A DNA stretch of 64,000 nt, taken from positions 1-64,000 of the IMG/VR virus record IMGVR_UViG_3300006737_000020, one strand, 5' to 3'. The translations under genes and the position numbers were made by a program. Numbering within the stretch: position 1 is the first letter of the stretch; each line of letters opens with the position of its first letter. The DNA comes from a virus. Below the pieces are notes generated by a model. That model was not told where the DNA came from and did not search any database. It worked only from the letters and a program-made list of their open reading frames with translations. This document shows, piece by piece, positions 19,118 to 30,200 of the stretch.

Positions 19118-19606
19118 TTAGAATTGAAGGATTGCATAATCATATTTAATTGTTAATTCAATATTAACAGCATCTTCAGTAGCCCAATCCATATCACCAA
19201 AAGTGGCAGCGGAAATAAATGCTCCTTTAATAGTCCATTCTTCAACTTTATCACCTACTGGACCTAATGTATTAAATACAATATCTTTCTTATAGAAATC
19301 AGAATATCCATCTCTTCCTGTTACTGATTCATGGTGTAATCTTACCCATTCCATAACAGCTTGCGCCCCTGATGGTACAACTGGGTCATATAACGTTACC
19401 GTAATATCTTGCCATCTAGATTTTCCTTTTAACTTTCTTTCAACATTAATATGATCTAACACTAGTTCTCCTTGATCAATTGATGGTCTAGAAGCCGCTT
19501 TCACTATGTAAGCTGGAATACCTTCGATGTACATTATAAACCTATTGGCTACTTTAGGCTCATATGCGGTATACATTATTTCATTTGGACTTAGTAAATC
19601 TGCCAT
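19118..19606 (-). CDS. gp19: Tail tube protein (gp19-like)
   Basis: EPKVANRF, WQDITVTLYDP, EEWTIKGAF...FGDMDW, IELTIKYDYA; follows the sheath gene. Confidence 0.92.
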   Translation of the reverse strand: MADLLSPNEIMYTAYEPKVANRFIMYIEGIPAYIVKAASRPSIDQGELVLDHINVERKLKGKSRWQDITVTLYDPVVPSGAQAVMEWVRLHHESVTGRDGYSDFYKKDIVFNTLGPVGDKVEEWTIKGAFISAATFGDMDWATEDAVNIELTIKYDYAILQF

Positions 19607-19661
19607 TTTATTATCTCCTCTTATTTAATATAAATATACTGTTATTATCTTTTTTCAACTA

Positions 19662-21446
19662 TTATTCAGGAAATGCTGCACCCGTTGGTAACACATTGAA
19701 ATCAATGATAATAAATTCTGCTGTTCTAGTTGGTTGCAAGAACAATTGACCTACCATTTGGTTTCTATCAATTACATCAGGAGTATTATTTGTTTCATCC
19801 ATTACTACTTTAAAAGCATATAAACCTTGTCTTTGTTGTACACTTTCTAAATATGGATTAACTATACTCAAGAATCTATTTCTTGTTTCTGCTGTATTTT
19901 GTTCAAATACTAAGAACCTTGTCGCAGAAGCAATAAACTTCTTAGCTGCAATTAATAATCTTCTAACGTTTACTCTATCCAATGCAGATGCTTTCTTCTG
20001 TAATGTCTTTTGTCCAAATGCAACAACACCACTATTAGGGAAAGTTGCTAATGGATTAACATTTGAATCATATAAGCTATCTCTATTACCATGAGTTAAT
20101 TTTCTTTCTGGTTGGATTGCTCTATCAATTCCTCCTCTATTTAAACCTGCAGGTGCAAACCATTCTGCTGATACTTTATCATTAAATGCATATACACCAC
20201 CCATTGCTACAGATGCTGGAACCCAAACATTTTTAGATGCATAATTATCCGCCATTTGAATCCAAGGCCAATATACTGCAGCATAATTGGTATCTCTACC
20301 AGATGCTTCTGTAGTTGCATCAGTTATTGTTCCTGCATATGCTATAGGATCTACAATTGCAAAACAATCACCTCTATCTTCACACATTTGAATTGCTGAA
20401 GTTGCAATAGTTGAATGACCTGCTAATGCTGCAATTACACCTGGCATTAATAATAAGTTAATATCATATTCGTCTTGGTTACCTAATAAGTTAATTGCAT
20501 CTTCATATGCTGTTTTACCCTTTGCTCCTGTTCCTAACGCATATCCTTGCGAATTAGTTGCAGTAATGTTTTCATAGAACATTTGTGGATGTTCTACATT
20601 TCCATCACTACCACCTGAGAATGTTCCTGAAACTTCTAATGGTAAAGAACCAGTATAGTCTGCATTTGAAATATTTCCATTTTCATCTAAATAATTTAAT
20701 GTTTGACGAGTTACTTCTACTCTAACATATTTAGATTTGTTCATATAAGAACCTGATGCTTGGATATATGGACTAACTGTTCCAGATCCTCTTAAATTAA
20801 GTTTTGCATCTCCAATTCTTTTTGCAATATAATTTGTTGAATTTGGATCTAATGATAAGTTATTCCATGTCTCAAGAATATTTTTTCTTTTGATTGTATC
20901 ATTACCACTTCTTAAATATAATGAGAAAGTACCTTTTGAAGTATTCTTATTTGCAACTTCCCATCTTAAATTATCTTTTGATCCAGATAATAATATATTA
21001 TTTGAACCTTCATCATCTGTAGAACCAGAACCTGCTGTTGACGCATGTGGTTGACCACTATTCAATATAGCTCCGTCTGATAAGTTATGTAATTTGAATG
21101 ATGTTGCTGCGTTAGGCATTGATGATGCTACTGTTGAATCACCACCGGAAAAATCTCCCGCCATTATTCTAACTACTGTTAATGAGTCATGATGTCTCAA
21201 ATATTCTTCTGCAGCTAATGATGTTAGATATGAATAATATCCAAGATTTGCTCCAGAACCACTTTCAAACACATCGCCAAATAATTGTCTATATTCAGCC
21301 ATAGATGTTACCATGGTAGGAACCAATGCTGGACCTTTTACAGTAGGACCTACTATTGCCGCTCCTATGTTTTGTATCCCTGCTGGAAGAAATGATAAAT
21401 CTCTTTCTCGGGTAAATACACCTGGTGATACTATTTTTTCAGCCAT
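19662..21446 (-). CDS. gp18: Contractile tail sheath protein (gp18-like)
   Basis: SPGVFTRERD N-terminus, WFAPAGLNRG, FGQKTL, DRVNVRRLL, FEQN, PTRTAEFI. Confidence 0.96.
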   Translation of the reverse strand: MAEKIVSPGVFTRERDLSFLPAGIQNIGAAIVGPTVKGPALVPTMVTSMAEYRQLFGDVFESGSGANLGYYSYLTSLAAEEYLRHHDSLTVVRIMAGDFSGGDSTVASSMPNAATSFKLHNLSDGAILNSGQPHASTAGSGSTDDEGSNNILLSGSKDNLRWEVANKNTSKGTFSLYLRSGNDTIKRKNILETWNNLSLDPNSTNYIAKRIGDAKLNLRGSGTVSPYIQASGSYMNKSKYVRVEVTRQTLNYLDENGNISNADYTGSLPLEVSGTFSGGSDGNVEHPQMFYENITATNSQGYALGTGAKGKTAYEDAINLLGNQDEYDINLLLMPGVIAALAGHSTIATSAIQMCEDRGDCFAIVDPIAYAGTITDATTEASGRDTNYAAVYWPWIQMADNYASKNVWVPASVAMGGVYAFNDKVSAEWFAPAGLNRGGIDRAIQPERKLTHGNRDSLYDSNVNPLATFPNSGVVAFGQKTLQKKASALDRVNVRRLLIAAKKFIASATRFLVFEQNTAETRNRFLSIVNPYLESVQQRQGLYAFKVVMDETNNTPDVIDRNQMVGQLFLQPTRTAEFIIIDFNVLPTGAAFPE

Positions 21447-21523
21447 TTAAATTCTCCTCTTTGTTAAACTAAGACATGAGTCTTATTATTTTTAAATAAA
21501 TATACTTAAATGGCTTCAAACCA

Positions 21524-21799
21524 TTAGTTTGCTGGTGAAAAAGTACCAGAATCTAAGTCTAATGTTCCTCGGCCATATTTTTCATTGAATTTCTTAACTA
21601 ATTCAAGTTCTGTTGATTGAATATCTGCATATTCTTTATTAAATTGTGTTTCTAAAAGATCTAATTTTTTAGCCTTTTGTTCATGTAAAATTTGTTCTAA
21701 TTTTAATTCTCCAAAATTGGCTACCAATTTAGACATTCTATCTCGTAACACCTGAACTTCTTTTAGTTCTTCTTCTGTAAACTTTTTGTTTTCTGACAT
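21524..21799 (-). CDS. Small coiled-coil hypothetical protein
   Basis: 91 aa, GGAG SD, class II motif; ends EKYGRGTLDLDSGTF. Confidence 0.75.
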   Translation of the reverse strand: MSENKKFTEEELKEVQVLRDRMSKLVANFGELKLEQILHEQKAKKLDLLETQFNKEYADIQSTELELVKKFNEKYGRGTLDLDSGTFSPAN

Positions 21800-21844
21800 A
21801 ACTATTCTCCTTTTATTAACATATATAAATATGCATTTGTACTG

Positions 21845-22102
21845 CTAAACAACCACTCCTGTACCAGTTCCTGTCACAAATGTAAACACTGGATATACAA
21901 ATGGGTGGGGTGATGATCCTCCTATTCCCATACCTGTTACTGCGGTTTGTACTAAACCTCCTCTAACGTATAAATCTATCGCTCTTGATAAATCTTCTGC
22001 GAGCTCTCGATTAGTAGTTTGTTTATCTGGTCCTGGTTTTACTGATTGTTTTCTAAATGCTGCAAATATCATTGCTTTTAATGCTGGTTGATTTAATGGC
22101 AT
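21845..22102 (-). CDS. Hypothetical structural-module protein
   Basis: 85-aa ORF tightly coupled to the gp15-like gene. Confidence 0.65.
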   Translation of the reverse strand: MPLNQPALKAMIFAAFRKQSVKPGPDKQTTNRELAEDLSRAIDLYVRGGLVQTAVTGMGIGGSSPHPFVYPVFTFVTGTGTGVVV

Positions 22103-22104
22103 AA

Positions 22105-22992
22105 CTATATTCTATCCTTTAATGATTGTTCTAATTTTGATAATAACTCATTTTCTGATGCAATTGGATTATAATTTCCAGTTGGTGGTGCATCAAATGT
22201 TGCAGTAAATACATCAGTTTCATGTTCTGATCCAAATTTGATTTGTTTTGTTGCAAACCTTTTTTGTACTGTTGATACTCGTAACTCATCTTCCATTAAT
22301 AATGTTGCTTTTGATCTAACTGGTAATGTAGCTCTTATAATTCGATCTTCACCCATATTGTTCATCGTCTCAAACGAATAATCATCTATGTATGTATTAA
22401 ACTTCCATGTAGTTCCCCATGCAAATCCTCCAGTAGGCATTATAGCCTCAATAATTGAATTCAATTGTTCTGTAAATGAACACCATATTAATAATTCATA
22501 TGATACTTCTACAAATTCTGGTACAGCTGTAACATAAAATTCTTTGGTTGGTTTTGCATTTGTTAATACTCCAAATCTATCGTATTTATTTGCTTGAGTA
22601 AATTTATTTTGTAATACCATTGCATTACCTGATGGATTTCTATTAACATCTAATTTTTTTAATATATCTCTTTCTGCAATAGCATTTCTTCTCAAAGTAA
22701 TTATTGGGGCCATTAATTTACCTTTTGCATCTCTCATATATCCATGCTTTTGAATTTGGCTCCATTTTTCTCCATTTGCATATTGAATTGGTACATCTAT
22801 AATACTTCCATCTTCTTCTACCCGTGGTTGTATAACATCTCGTATATAAGATATAATTGCATAATCCACATCATATATTGTACATGAAGGAGTCTTAATT
22901 GTATCAGTATCACGGCGTACTTGATTAGCCCTATTAACTATAGGATCATTTGCTTGCGTACTTTGAGTTCTATTTAATCTTAATTTTCCCAT
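22105..22992 (-). CDS. Tail terminator / sheath stabiliser (gp15-like)
   Basis: VPIQYANGEKW, PIITLRR, PEFVEVSYELLIW...QLNSIIE; located between neck and sheath genes. Confidence 0.7.
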   Translation of the reverse strand: MGKLRLNRTQSTQANDPIVNRANQVRRDTDTIKTPSCTIYDVDYAIISYIRDVIQPRVEEDGSIIDVPIQYANGEKWSQIQKHGYMRDAKGKLMAPIITLRRNAIAERDILKKLDVNRNPSGNAMVLQNKFTQANKYDRFGVLTNAKPTKEFYVTAVPEFVEVSYELLIWCSFTEQLNSIIEAIMPTGGFAWGTTWKFNTYIDDYSFETMNNMGEDRIIRATLPVRSKATLLMEDELRVSTVQKRFATKQIKFGSEHETDVFTATFDAPPTGNYNPIASENELLSKLEQSLKDRI

Positions 22993-22995
22993 ATA

Positions 22996-23535
22996 TTATA
23001 AATTCTTTGGTAATTGATATTCTTGATTTGTACCCCCAGATCTAACTTCTACTAAATTAAGTTTATTTCTTTGTGTTACATGTGCTTCACATATTACTGC
23101 AACACTATATCCATGTTCATCAATTTCTCCTCGAGTGAACCCTAAATGAGTTGATGGATTTTTTCCAGCAAAATATTGTGATGATCCTATCTGATCTATT
23201 TCATAATATTCATTATCCCAATTTAAAATGTCACCAACTTCTAATATAATTGTTCTATCAACTAAATAATCTCTAGCAAATGCAAAATTACCAGTTCTAG
23301 TTGAATCCAATCCAAAATCTTCTGCAACGGTTGTTTTTTCATCTTTCTGTACAAGGCAAGGAATGGCTATTGGATTATAATATTTCTTACTCATTGATTC
23401 ACCATATAAATTTTCTCGTGTATCTTCTAATACCAACTTATATAATTCAATTTCTGTATCTATTATATTGACTATAAGTTCGTTATTTATATGTCTAATT
23501 AGACTTGCATCTCTTCCTGAACCAAATAACGCCAT
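22996..23535 (-). CDS. Neck/head closure protein (gp14-like)
   Basis: NLYGES..K.Y, FGLD, EVGDIL.W..EYYEI; follows the gp13-like gene. Confidence 0.7.
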   Translation of the reverse strand: MALFGSGRDASLIRHINNELIVNIIDTEIELYKLVLEDTRENLYGESMSKKYYNPIAIPCLVQKDEKTTVAEDFGLDSTRTGNFAFARDYLVDRTIILEVGDILNWDNEYYEIDQIGSSQYFAGKNPSTHLGFTRGEIDEHGYSVAVICEAHVTQRNKLNLVEVRSGGTNQEYQLPKNL

Positions 23536-23537
23536 AA

Positions 23538-24704
23538 TTACCCTACATATATTTTAAGTGGAATTTTCATCATCTGTTGCTGTAATGCATCAGATTCTGC
23601 TTGTTTTCTTTCTAATTGTGATTGTCTAGACATTGTATCCAGGATCTCTTTAATCTCTGTTATAAGTCCTTCTTTTTCAGTCTGAGCGGCTGATATAAGG
23701 TCCGATCCGTTTAATGTCACATCTGCATTTGGTATTGGTATTGCAGAATACTTACCACGAATATATCCTAACATCTCTTTTGATAATGCTAAAGCATATT
23801 TTCTAATCCATTGTTTTCCAACTGCATTAATATTTGAATATATAATATCTTGATATGGAACATTTGAATAATCTGAAATAGCTCCTGTTTTTCCTTTTAA
23901 TGGATTACTTCTATCTGCTTTCTTAATATATTCAAAATGTACTTTTGTAAATGAAGATGCATCTGGAATAGGAAATATTTTAATCCTATCATTTACTAAT
24001 TGGAATGAATATGTAGACTTTCTTATTTGGTCATTAAACTCTATTCCTTGTAGTCTTAATACATCTGCATATATTGGCATCATCATAAATGATACTCCTG
24101 GAGAATAATTACCCCAACCAAATGAATCTAACATTTGTTGAGATCCTAATCCTGTCCCTATAAATGGATCAAAGTATCTTGCAATTGCAGGTGGCGCCTC
24201 ATGGAATATTCTTTTAATTTCAATATCATCTGTTCCAGCTGTTCCTGATTCTAAAGATACAACAGTAGGATCTGTTAAATCATATATTTGTTGATTTGCA
24301 GACATTGTTACAGAACCAGTATAATATGTTACATTACCACCACTTCCTGCTTCTGTTCCATACTCTTCTGCTAATTCAATAAGTCCTCCTAAATTAGAAG
24401 ATACTTTTTGTCCTGATAAATTTGACCCTGTTGCCGCTCCGTATAAGTTAATTAGGTTATCTCGTATATTAAATGTATTTACTTGATTACCATATTCTGT
24501 TACAGCTTCTTCAAAGGCTGCAAAGAATGAACCAGATTGTAATTCAATGTCTGTTAATGGATATCCTAATCTTTTGGCGCACCAATCTGCAGTACTAATT
24601 GATGCAGATGCAAATGTTACATCTGAATCGTATAATCCGAATGGTGTATCATTTGTTCCTACCCAAGTAGCTGCTCCTGTCCAAATTGGTATTTTTACTG
24701 CCAT
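23538..24704 (-). CDS. Neck/head-tail adaptor protein (gp13-like)
   Basis: KRLGYPLTDIEL, WIRKYALALSKEMLG..RGKY, VTLNG..L...A..E. Confidence 0.85.
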   Translation of the reverse strand: MAVKIPIWTGAATWVGTNDTPFGLYDSDVTFASASISTADWCAKRLGYPLTDIELQSGSFFAAFEEAVTEYGNQVNTFNIRDNLINLYGAATGSNLSGQKVSSNLGGLIELAEEYGTEAGSGGNVTYYTGSVTMSANQQIYDLTDPTVVSLESGTAGTDDIEIKRIFHEAPPAIARYFDPFIGTGLGSQQMLDSFGWGNYSPGVSFMMMPIYADVLRLQGIEFNDQIRKSTYSFQLVNDRIKIFPIPDASSFTKVHFEYIKKADRSNPLKGKTGAISDYSNVPYQDIIYSNINAVGKQWIRKYALALSKEMLGYIRGKYSAIPIPNADVTLNGSDLISAAQTEKEGLITEIKEILDTMSRQSQLERKQAESDALQQQMMKIPLKIYVG

Positions 24705-24748
24705 ATTATGCCTTCTCTATTTTAATATAAATATGTAATGACTAAAGA

Positions 24749-25279
24749 TTACAGAGATATTTTACCGCTTGTTAATTGAATTACACCTGAAGTTAATTTT
24801 ATAGGTGCACTGGTGGCTGCGGCAGCTTCAGAATAATAAACTGCCATAACTACATAGTCCCAAAACAAAACACCAGATGCAATTGTAGATACATCTATAG
24901 TTGCACTTACGGCATTAGCTGATGTAGGTGTCCAAGATAGTCCCCATAATTGAGTTGAGCTACCATATGTAACTGTTGAATCTGATTTATTAAATGCTGC
25001 ACTTGGAGCTATACCACTAGAATTAGATGATCCGTTGTTAAGAAATATTTCAGGTGTAGCAGCAAAATTACTTCCTTGACCTTCTACTGTTATTTCTAAT
25101 CCATTAATAGTTGCTCCTGCAGGAACAGCAAGATTTCCAAATTCTAGAGTAATATCACCAGTCGATGAATTGAAATTTGGATTGTTACGAGTATTGTCTG
25201 ATGCTGCCCAAGCTGAGATTGCTCCTATTCCTGTTCCTGCTGAATTTGTTGCTGTTGCTACTGATGTTGTAGTTGCCAT
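24749..25279 (-). CDS. Hypothetical virion protein (beta-rich)
   Basis: Ser/Thr/Ala-rich; GATINGLEITV...YGSSTQLWGLSW. Confidence 0.6.
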   Translation of the reverse strand: MATTTSVATATNSAGTGIGAISAWAASDNTRNNPNFNSSTGDITLEFGNLAVPAGATINGLEITVEGQGSNFAATPEIFLNNGSSNSSGIAPSAAFNKSDSTVTYGSSTQLWGLSWTPTSANAVSATIDVSTIASGVLFWDYVVMAVYYSEAAAATSAPIKLTSGVIQLTSGKISL

Positions 25280-25291
25280 AATTTTTCTTTA

Positions 25292-25978
25292 TTACGCATA
25301 AGTTAAGACTGCACCTCTAAAGAAGTCTCCCGAGTTGAGCGTTACTACTATTATTAAATTATTCGAACCACTTTGTAAATAAGCTCCTCCTACAACGGTT
25401 GTATATAAATCCCAAGGTTGTGAAGCATTGATAGTTGTTGCTTGTTTCGTTTTATTATTGAAAACTAATGCAGTTGTTGTTCCTTTTGATAATAATAAAT
25501 TGTTAACAGTTGCTTCTGTTTTTGTATTTGAAGAATATAAAGTGACGCGTATTAAACTTTTTCCTATAGGAATCATGCATGCACAAGAAACTTGTTCACC
25601 TACATCATCTGCATTTTGAGTGAATAGACCAGCTCTTTGAGTTCTTGCTGAATATGTTCCTCCTCTAAATTGTGTTGGATGTATAAAGATGGAATTAGAT
25701 GATCCCAGATGAGTTGTTTTATTATCTGTTACTCGAGTTGAAAAAGAACCTGATGCTGTAGTATAATTATTTTTTAGAGCTGCATAAGATCCGGATGCTG
25801 CATCATTGGCATTTACAACATCTGTTATATCATCTATCTGATCCATTAATAAATGCATTGCTTTAAATTCTGGAGTTTCTTCTAATTCTGGATCACCAAA
25901 TAATGAAGCTTCTTTAGAAGTTTCTTTATTTCCTCCTGATCCGAATCTATCTGATAGTTTTGTTTTTTGTCTTGCCAT
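25292..25978 (-). CDS. Hypothetical fibre-associated protein
   Basis: 228 aa, GGAG SD, coupled to the upstream fibre gene. Confidence 0.6.
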   Translation of the reverse strand: MARQKTKLSDRFGSGGNKETSKEASLFGDPELEETPEFKAMHLLMDQIDDITDVVNANDAASGSYAALKNNYTTASGSFSTRVTDNKTTHLGSSNSIFIHPTQFRGGTYSARTQRAGLFTQNADDVGEQVSCACMIPIGKSLIRVTLYSSNTKTEATVNNLLLSKGTTTALVFNNKTKQATTINASQPWDLYTTVVGGAYLQSGSNNLIIVVTLNSGDFFRGAVLTYA

Positions 25979-25988
25979 TTTATATCTC

Positions 25989-28900
25989 CTATTCTGCTAT
26001 TTCTGCTGTTACTGTATATGTACCTTTTAAATTTTTACCACTACCAAATGTATTTGATACACTTGAGAATACAATTATTCTATCACCTGCTACTGCTCCT
26101 ACATCTGGATTAAATCCACCATGGCCTCCTGCAGCACTTCCTGTAATATAAATTGTATGGAATTGGTTTCCAACAGTTGCAGATGAACCACTACATATAA
26201 ATACTGGATTAGTAGTATTTGATCCTGCTGTTTGAATAGCAAGCATTTTATATACATAATATGATAATGTACCTTGAGCTGTAGAATCTGTTGGTTTTAA
26301 TGTTCCTATCAATTTAATGTTTTTAATATTTTGTGTTACTGCTACACCTAAATTTGAATCTCCATTTGAATTCCAAGTTCCAGTTTCTACAGATGCTTTT
26401 GTTAATTCTTGATTCCATGATCTATCAGACCAACCATATGTACTCGATCCTGCTTGGAAGTTAGCTAATGTTCCAGCTGGTTCATTAAAATACCAACTAT
26501 GTGCTATAATATGAATTGGCATACCTACAAATTTGTTTGCAGTAATTGTTCCTGACGCGCTTATATCTCCTGTTACATTAAGCTTTCGTTCACTTCCATC
26601 AAATATTGCCCAGCTGGTTGATCCTTCATGAATTTGAACATCCGAATCTGGATACAATCTTATAGTTCTATCTGCATAAATATCTAAATCTTCTGGATTA
26701 CCTGATGTTTCTATTTTTGTATTTGTATCTCCATCCCATATGATATCACCTCCAGATGGTAAATGTATTTGACTTGCATGTATATTACCACTCGCGGTTA
26801 TACCACCTGATGCAGATATGTGACCGTCTACAACTAAATTAGTATTGGCTGATGTATGTATTCCTGTTGCTAAAGCATGTATAAATCCATAAGAATTACC
26901 ACTTGGATATATCCTACCTGAGGCAGAACCATAAAAAGATCCTCCTAGTGTTAAACTATTATCTGTTGTTATACTTCCTGTTATGGTTATTCCATCTGCA
27001 AAGTTAGTATTACCTATTGAAACTGATTCATTTCCAACTATACCACTTTCAGGTCCTAATATGAAATGTCTTGAAATACCAGTTGCATCTTTTAATCTAT
27101 AAGCAGTATCAGCATAATACCCAGCTGCATATATATTACCACTTGAAGTTATTCCAGCCGATGCTGTTATACGATTTGCTTCAACAAAACCAGAAACTTC
27201 TAATCCAGAAGCTGCTGCAGATTTTCCAGTTAACACATGAAATGAACCTGTATTGGCCAATACAGATGCATCTGATTTTATATTACCAGAAGCAGTTATA
27301 TGAGTATCAAATTCTGCATTACCGCCAACGTGTAACATGCTTGTATTGCTTGCTCTTCTTCCAATACCTATCAATGCATTGGCATTGCCAATTCCTGCTG
27401 AACTTTGAGATACTATTAAATATTCTTGTGTTGTTGGATTACCAGCATTTGGTGTAAGTACAATATCTCCTTGCTGTGATGTAACAGTTCCTAAAAGGCC
27501 GCCTCCATGAAAGGTATTATCTGCATAAAAGAATACGCCTCCATTTGCAGTTGCAATTGTATTGAGTGTACGATCAGAAAATAAAGTTCCTGCTTTAATA
27601 GTAGTTCCAGTTATTACATCTCCTTTAATATTACCTGAAGCTGTTATATGTCCTTGCGCATTAATATGATTTGCAACATATAAACCAGATGAATGACTTC
27701 CATTTATTCTAGGTGTAGTTAGTGCACCTGTTGTGATAACATTAGCTGCAGTACTATTACCACTTGAACTTATATCACCTGAGGCTGTTATATTTCCAAG
27801 TGCATCCATAATTAAACCTTCACCTGAACCTGATGAAAATATTTTTACACCTTGACCTAAATAAGAATCATGATTTGCACCTAATATTAAAGCATTACTA
27901 TTTACATTTATAGTTGGTTTAACAGATGATAATGCATCTATAAAATAACCATGTGAAGGACTTCTTCCAAGCACTTTAAAATTAGTTGCTATAATATCAC
28001 TACTTGCACTTATATAACCTGATGCTGTAATGTTGCCATTTTCAATCATCACAGAATCATTAGACCCAATTTTCTGAGTTAGAGTTTGACCATTTGTGGC
28101 TCCTATAGTAGCGGTAGTATATGCAGCTATAACTTGACCACTTGAACTTATATTACCTGAGGCTGTTATATGACCTTTAAATGTATGAGTATCATCATCT
28201 GTATCTCCAAATATATTTGAACCTGATGTTTGTAATATTGATGATGAAACTATTGAAGATGTTATACTAGTTACATTTAAACTTGTTGCTTCTATTGATC
28301 CAACTGAAATGTCTGGTGTTCCTGATAACCCTGTTGCATCTCCAATGAACCCTTTACTCGCGCTTATGACTGATGCTGTTATGTCTCCTTCGAATCGATG
28401 TTGATGAAATGTACCAGATTGACCATATTGCATTTGTGAGAATGATCCTGCAGAATTAAAAATTAAACCTGAGATTTGGCCTTCTGCTAGAGGTACAGAT
28501 TGTGTACCTAAATCTATATGATATTTATCTGCATATATATTTCCACTTGCACTTATATTACCTGATGCTGTTATGGCATGTTCTACATATAAACTTTTAG
28601 CATCCAACTCTCCTGTGAAGACTTTTGACTTACCAGTAGTTGCATCTCCAAATGTTGCATTTCCTGCCGATGTCATTTTCAATGTACCTAATCTACTAGC
28701 ACCATCTTTAAATTCAATTGTTTGTCCAGAAGTTATAATATGATCAAATGAACCTGTTCCTAATGAACCTGCAGAAACATCTCCACTTGAACTTATATTA
28801 CCTGATGCAGTTATATGGCCATCTCCAATATAAACATCAGATCCAACTACTCTTAATCTTCCGTATATAGTATGTTCATTCCTATCTCCATTGGTTCCCA

Positions 28901-30191
28901 TTGTAAGAGTTCCGCTCGAACTTATATCTCCAGAGCCTGTTATATTGCCACTTACACGAAGACCCATATTATTTACTACACTAGTATTATCAAATGTTAA
29001 TCTTGCTGAAGCATTATGTGGTCCAATATATACTCTATTTGCTAAAACATGGTCACCGAGAATATTACTACTTGAACTTATTGCACCTGAGGCTGTTACG
29101 TTACCATATAACATAACTGGCTTGGGAGCATTTGATCTATTAATCTGTGTTGCTGCAAAAGCGCCTTGCTCATTAATTCCTAACGTCGTACCCGTATCAT
29201 CTAGTGCTTCTTTATTATTAAGGTAAAGCTTAGCACCTAAATATACATCTCCGCTTGCACTTATATCACTTGAGGCTGTTACTGGTCCTGAGAGTGATAT
29301 GTTAACTGCACCACCACTACCTATTACTAGACCATTTCCAAGTACAAGAGTCTGGCTGTCAGCTGCACCAAACACTTGTGTTCCATATAAATCCCATATA
29401 ACATTGTTGCCTTTCATTTGATATGTAGCTGCTTGTACAACACTTGCACTTATATATCCTGAAGCTGTTATGTGGGTTGTTTCTAAACTTCCTTCTATTA
29501 AAACTTGACCTGGAAGTTTTATTTTATTTGATTCAAATAATAATACATCTGTATTACCTATAGAATATCCTGCATCTGAAAATACACCTGTTGTTGTAAT
29601 GGGACCACTTGCACTTATTGCTCCTGAGGCTGTTATTTGGCCACTACCAGAAACATGTATGTTTCCATTTACAGTTAATTTTTGATCTGGATTATTTGTA
29701 CCTATACCTAATTGACGTTTTTCAGCATCTCCCCATAATATTACGCTGTCAACAGAACCAGAACCAAATACTTTAAAGTTTACATCTTGATATTCATTAT
29801 TCAAATCGATCCAGGAAGCGCCTATAGATAATTTATTTTTACCGGCTGTTTCTACTAGAAATTGATTTGTACCAAAATTTATAAATGTATCTGTATCATT
29901 TTTATGTATTATTTTTCCTGGTAATGTTAGATCACCGTCTATCGTAGAGTCCCCTGTCCTTAAGCCTGTTACTTTAAATGTATCTAATACTGTAGAATCG
30001 ATATATGAAGCTGTTTCTGCAAAAGATGAAGAAGTTTCATAATTTACTTCAGTGATTGCATATGATGCAGTCATTTGTAATGTCGGAACTAATGATCCAG
30101 TTCCATCAAATACTACTCCATCGTCACCGACAGTTAATACTCGTTGGTAAGTATCTTGAATATTTTGGCCTGTTAAGTCTGGTAAAGCCAT
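25989..30191 (-). CDS. Long fibre-like virion protein with ITASGNISxSG repeats
   Basis: 1400 aa, Gly/Ser/Thr-rich, GIGTNNP motif, more than a dozen TASG-x-IS-x-S units. Confidence 0.75.
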   Translation of the reverse strand: MALPDLTGQNIQDTYQRVLTVGDDGVVFDGTGSLVPTLQMTASYAITEVNYETSSSFAETASYIDSTVLDTFKVTGLRTGDSTIDGDLTLPGKIIHKNDTDTFINFGTNQFLVETAGKNKLSIGASWIDLNNEYQDVNFKVFGSGSVDSVILWGDAEKRQLGIGTNNPDQKLTVNGNIHVSGSGQITASGAISASGPITTTGVFSDAGYSIGNTDVLLFESNKIKLPGQVLIEGSLETTHITASGYISASVVQAATYQMKGNNVIWDLYGTQVFGAADSQTLVLGNGLVIGSGGAVNISLSGPVTASSDISASGDVYLGAKLYLNNKEALDDTGTTLGINEQGAFAATQINRSNAPKPVMLYGNVTASGAISSSSNILGDHVLANRVYIGPHNASARLTFDNTSVVNNMGLRVSGNITGSGDISSSGTLTMGTNGDRNEHTIYGRLRVVGSDVYIGDGHITASGNISSSGDVSAGSLGTGSFDHIITSGQTIEFKDGASRLGTLKMTSAGNATFGDATTGKSKVFTGELDAKSLYVEHAITASGNISASGNIYADKYHIDLGTQSVPLAEGQISGLIFNSAGSFSQMQYGQSGTFHQHRFEGDITASVISASKGFIGDATGLSGTPDISVGSIEATSLNVTSITSSIVSSSILQTSGSNIFGDTDDDTHTFKGHITASGNISSSGQVIAAYTTATIGATNGQTLTQKIGSNDSVMIENGNITASGYISASSDIIATNFKVLGRSPSHGYFIDALSSVKPTINVNSNALILGANHDSYLGQGVKIFSSGSGEGLIMDALGNITASGDISSSGNSTAANVITTGALTTPRINGSHSSGLYVANHINAQGHITASGNIKGDVITGTTIKAGTLFSDRTLNTIATANGGVFFYADNTFHGGGLLGTVTSQQGDIVLTPNAGNPTTQEYLIVSQSSAGIGNANALIGIGRRASNTSMLHVGGNAEFDTHITASGNIKSDASVLANTGSFHVLTGKSAAASGLEVSGFVEANRITASAGITSSGNIYAAGYYADTAYRLKDATGISRHFILGPESGIVGNESVSIGNTNFADGITITGSITTDNSLTLGGSFYGSASGRIYPSGNSYGFIHALATGIHTSANTNLVVDGHISASGGITASGNIHASQIHLPSGGDIIWDGDTNTKIETSGNPEDLDIYADRTIRLYPDSDVQIHEGSTSWAIFDGSERKLNVTGDISASGTITANKFVGMPIHIIAHSWYFNEPAGTLANFQAGSSTYGWSDRSWNQELTKASVETGTWNSNGDSNLGVAVTQNIKNIKLIGTLKPTDSTAQGTLSYYVYKMLAIQTAGSNTTNPVFICSGSSATVGNQFHTIYITGSAAGGHGGFNPDVGAVAGDRIIVFSSVSNTFGSGKNLKGTYTVTAEIAE
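26545..29640 (-). repeat. Dispersed ~30-bp coding repeats
   Basis: Plus-strand variants of cacttg(a/c)acttatattacctga(g/t)gctgttat near 27761, 28002, 28139, 28543, 28783, 29070, 29253, 29441, 29605 and elsewhere. Confidence 0.85.
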
Positions 30192-30200
30192 TTATAACCC

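Noticed and set aside
26545-29640. CRISPR array or diversity-generating retroelement
   Set aside because: The repeats are degenerate, in-frame coding and irregularly spaced. No cas or reverse transcriptase gene and no adenine-specific TR/VR pair was seen.
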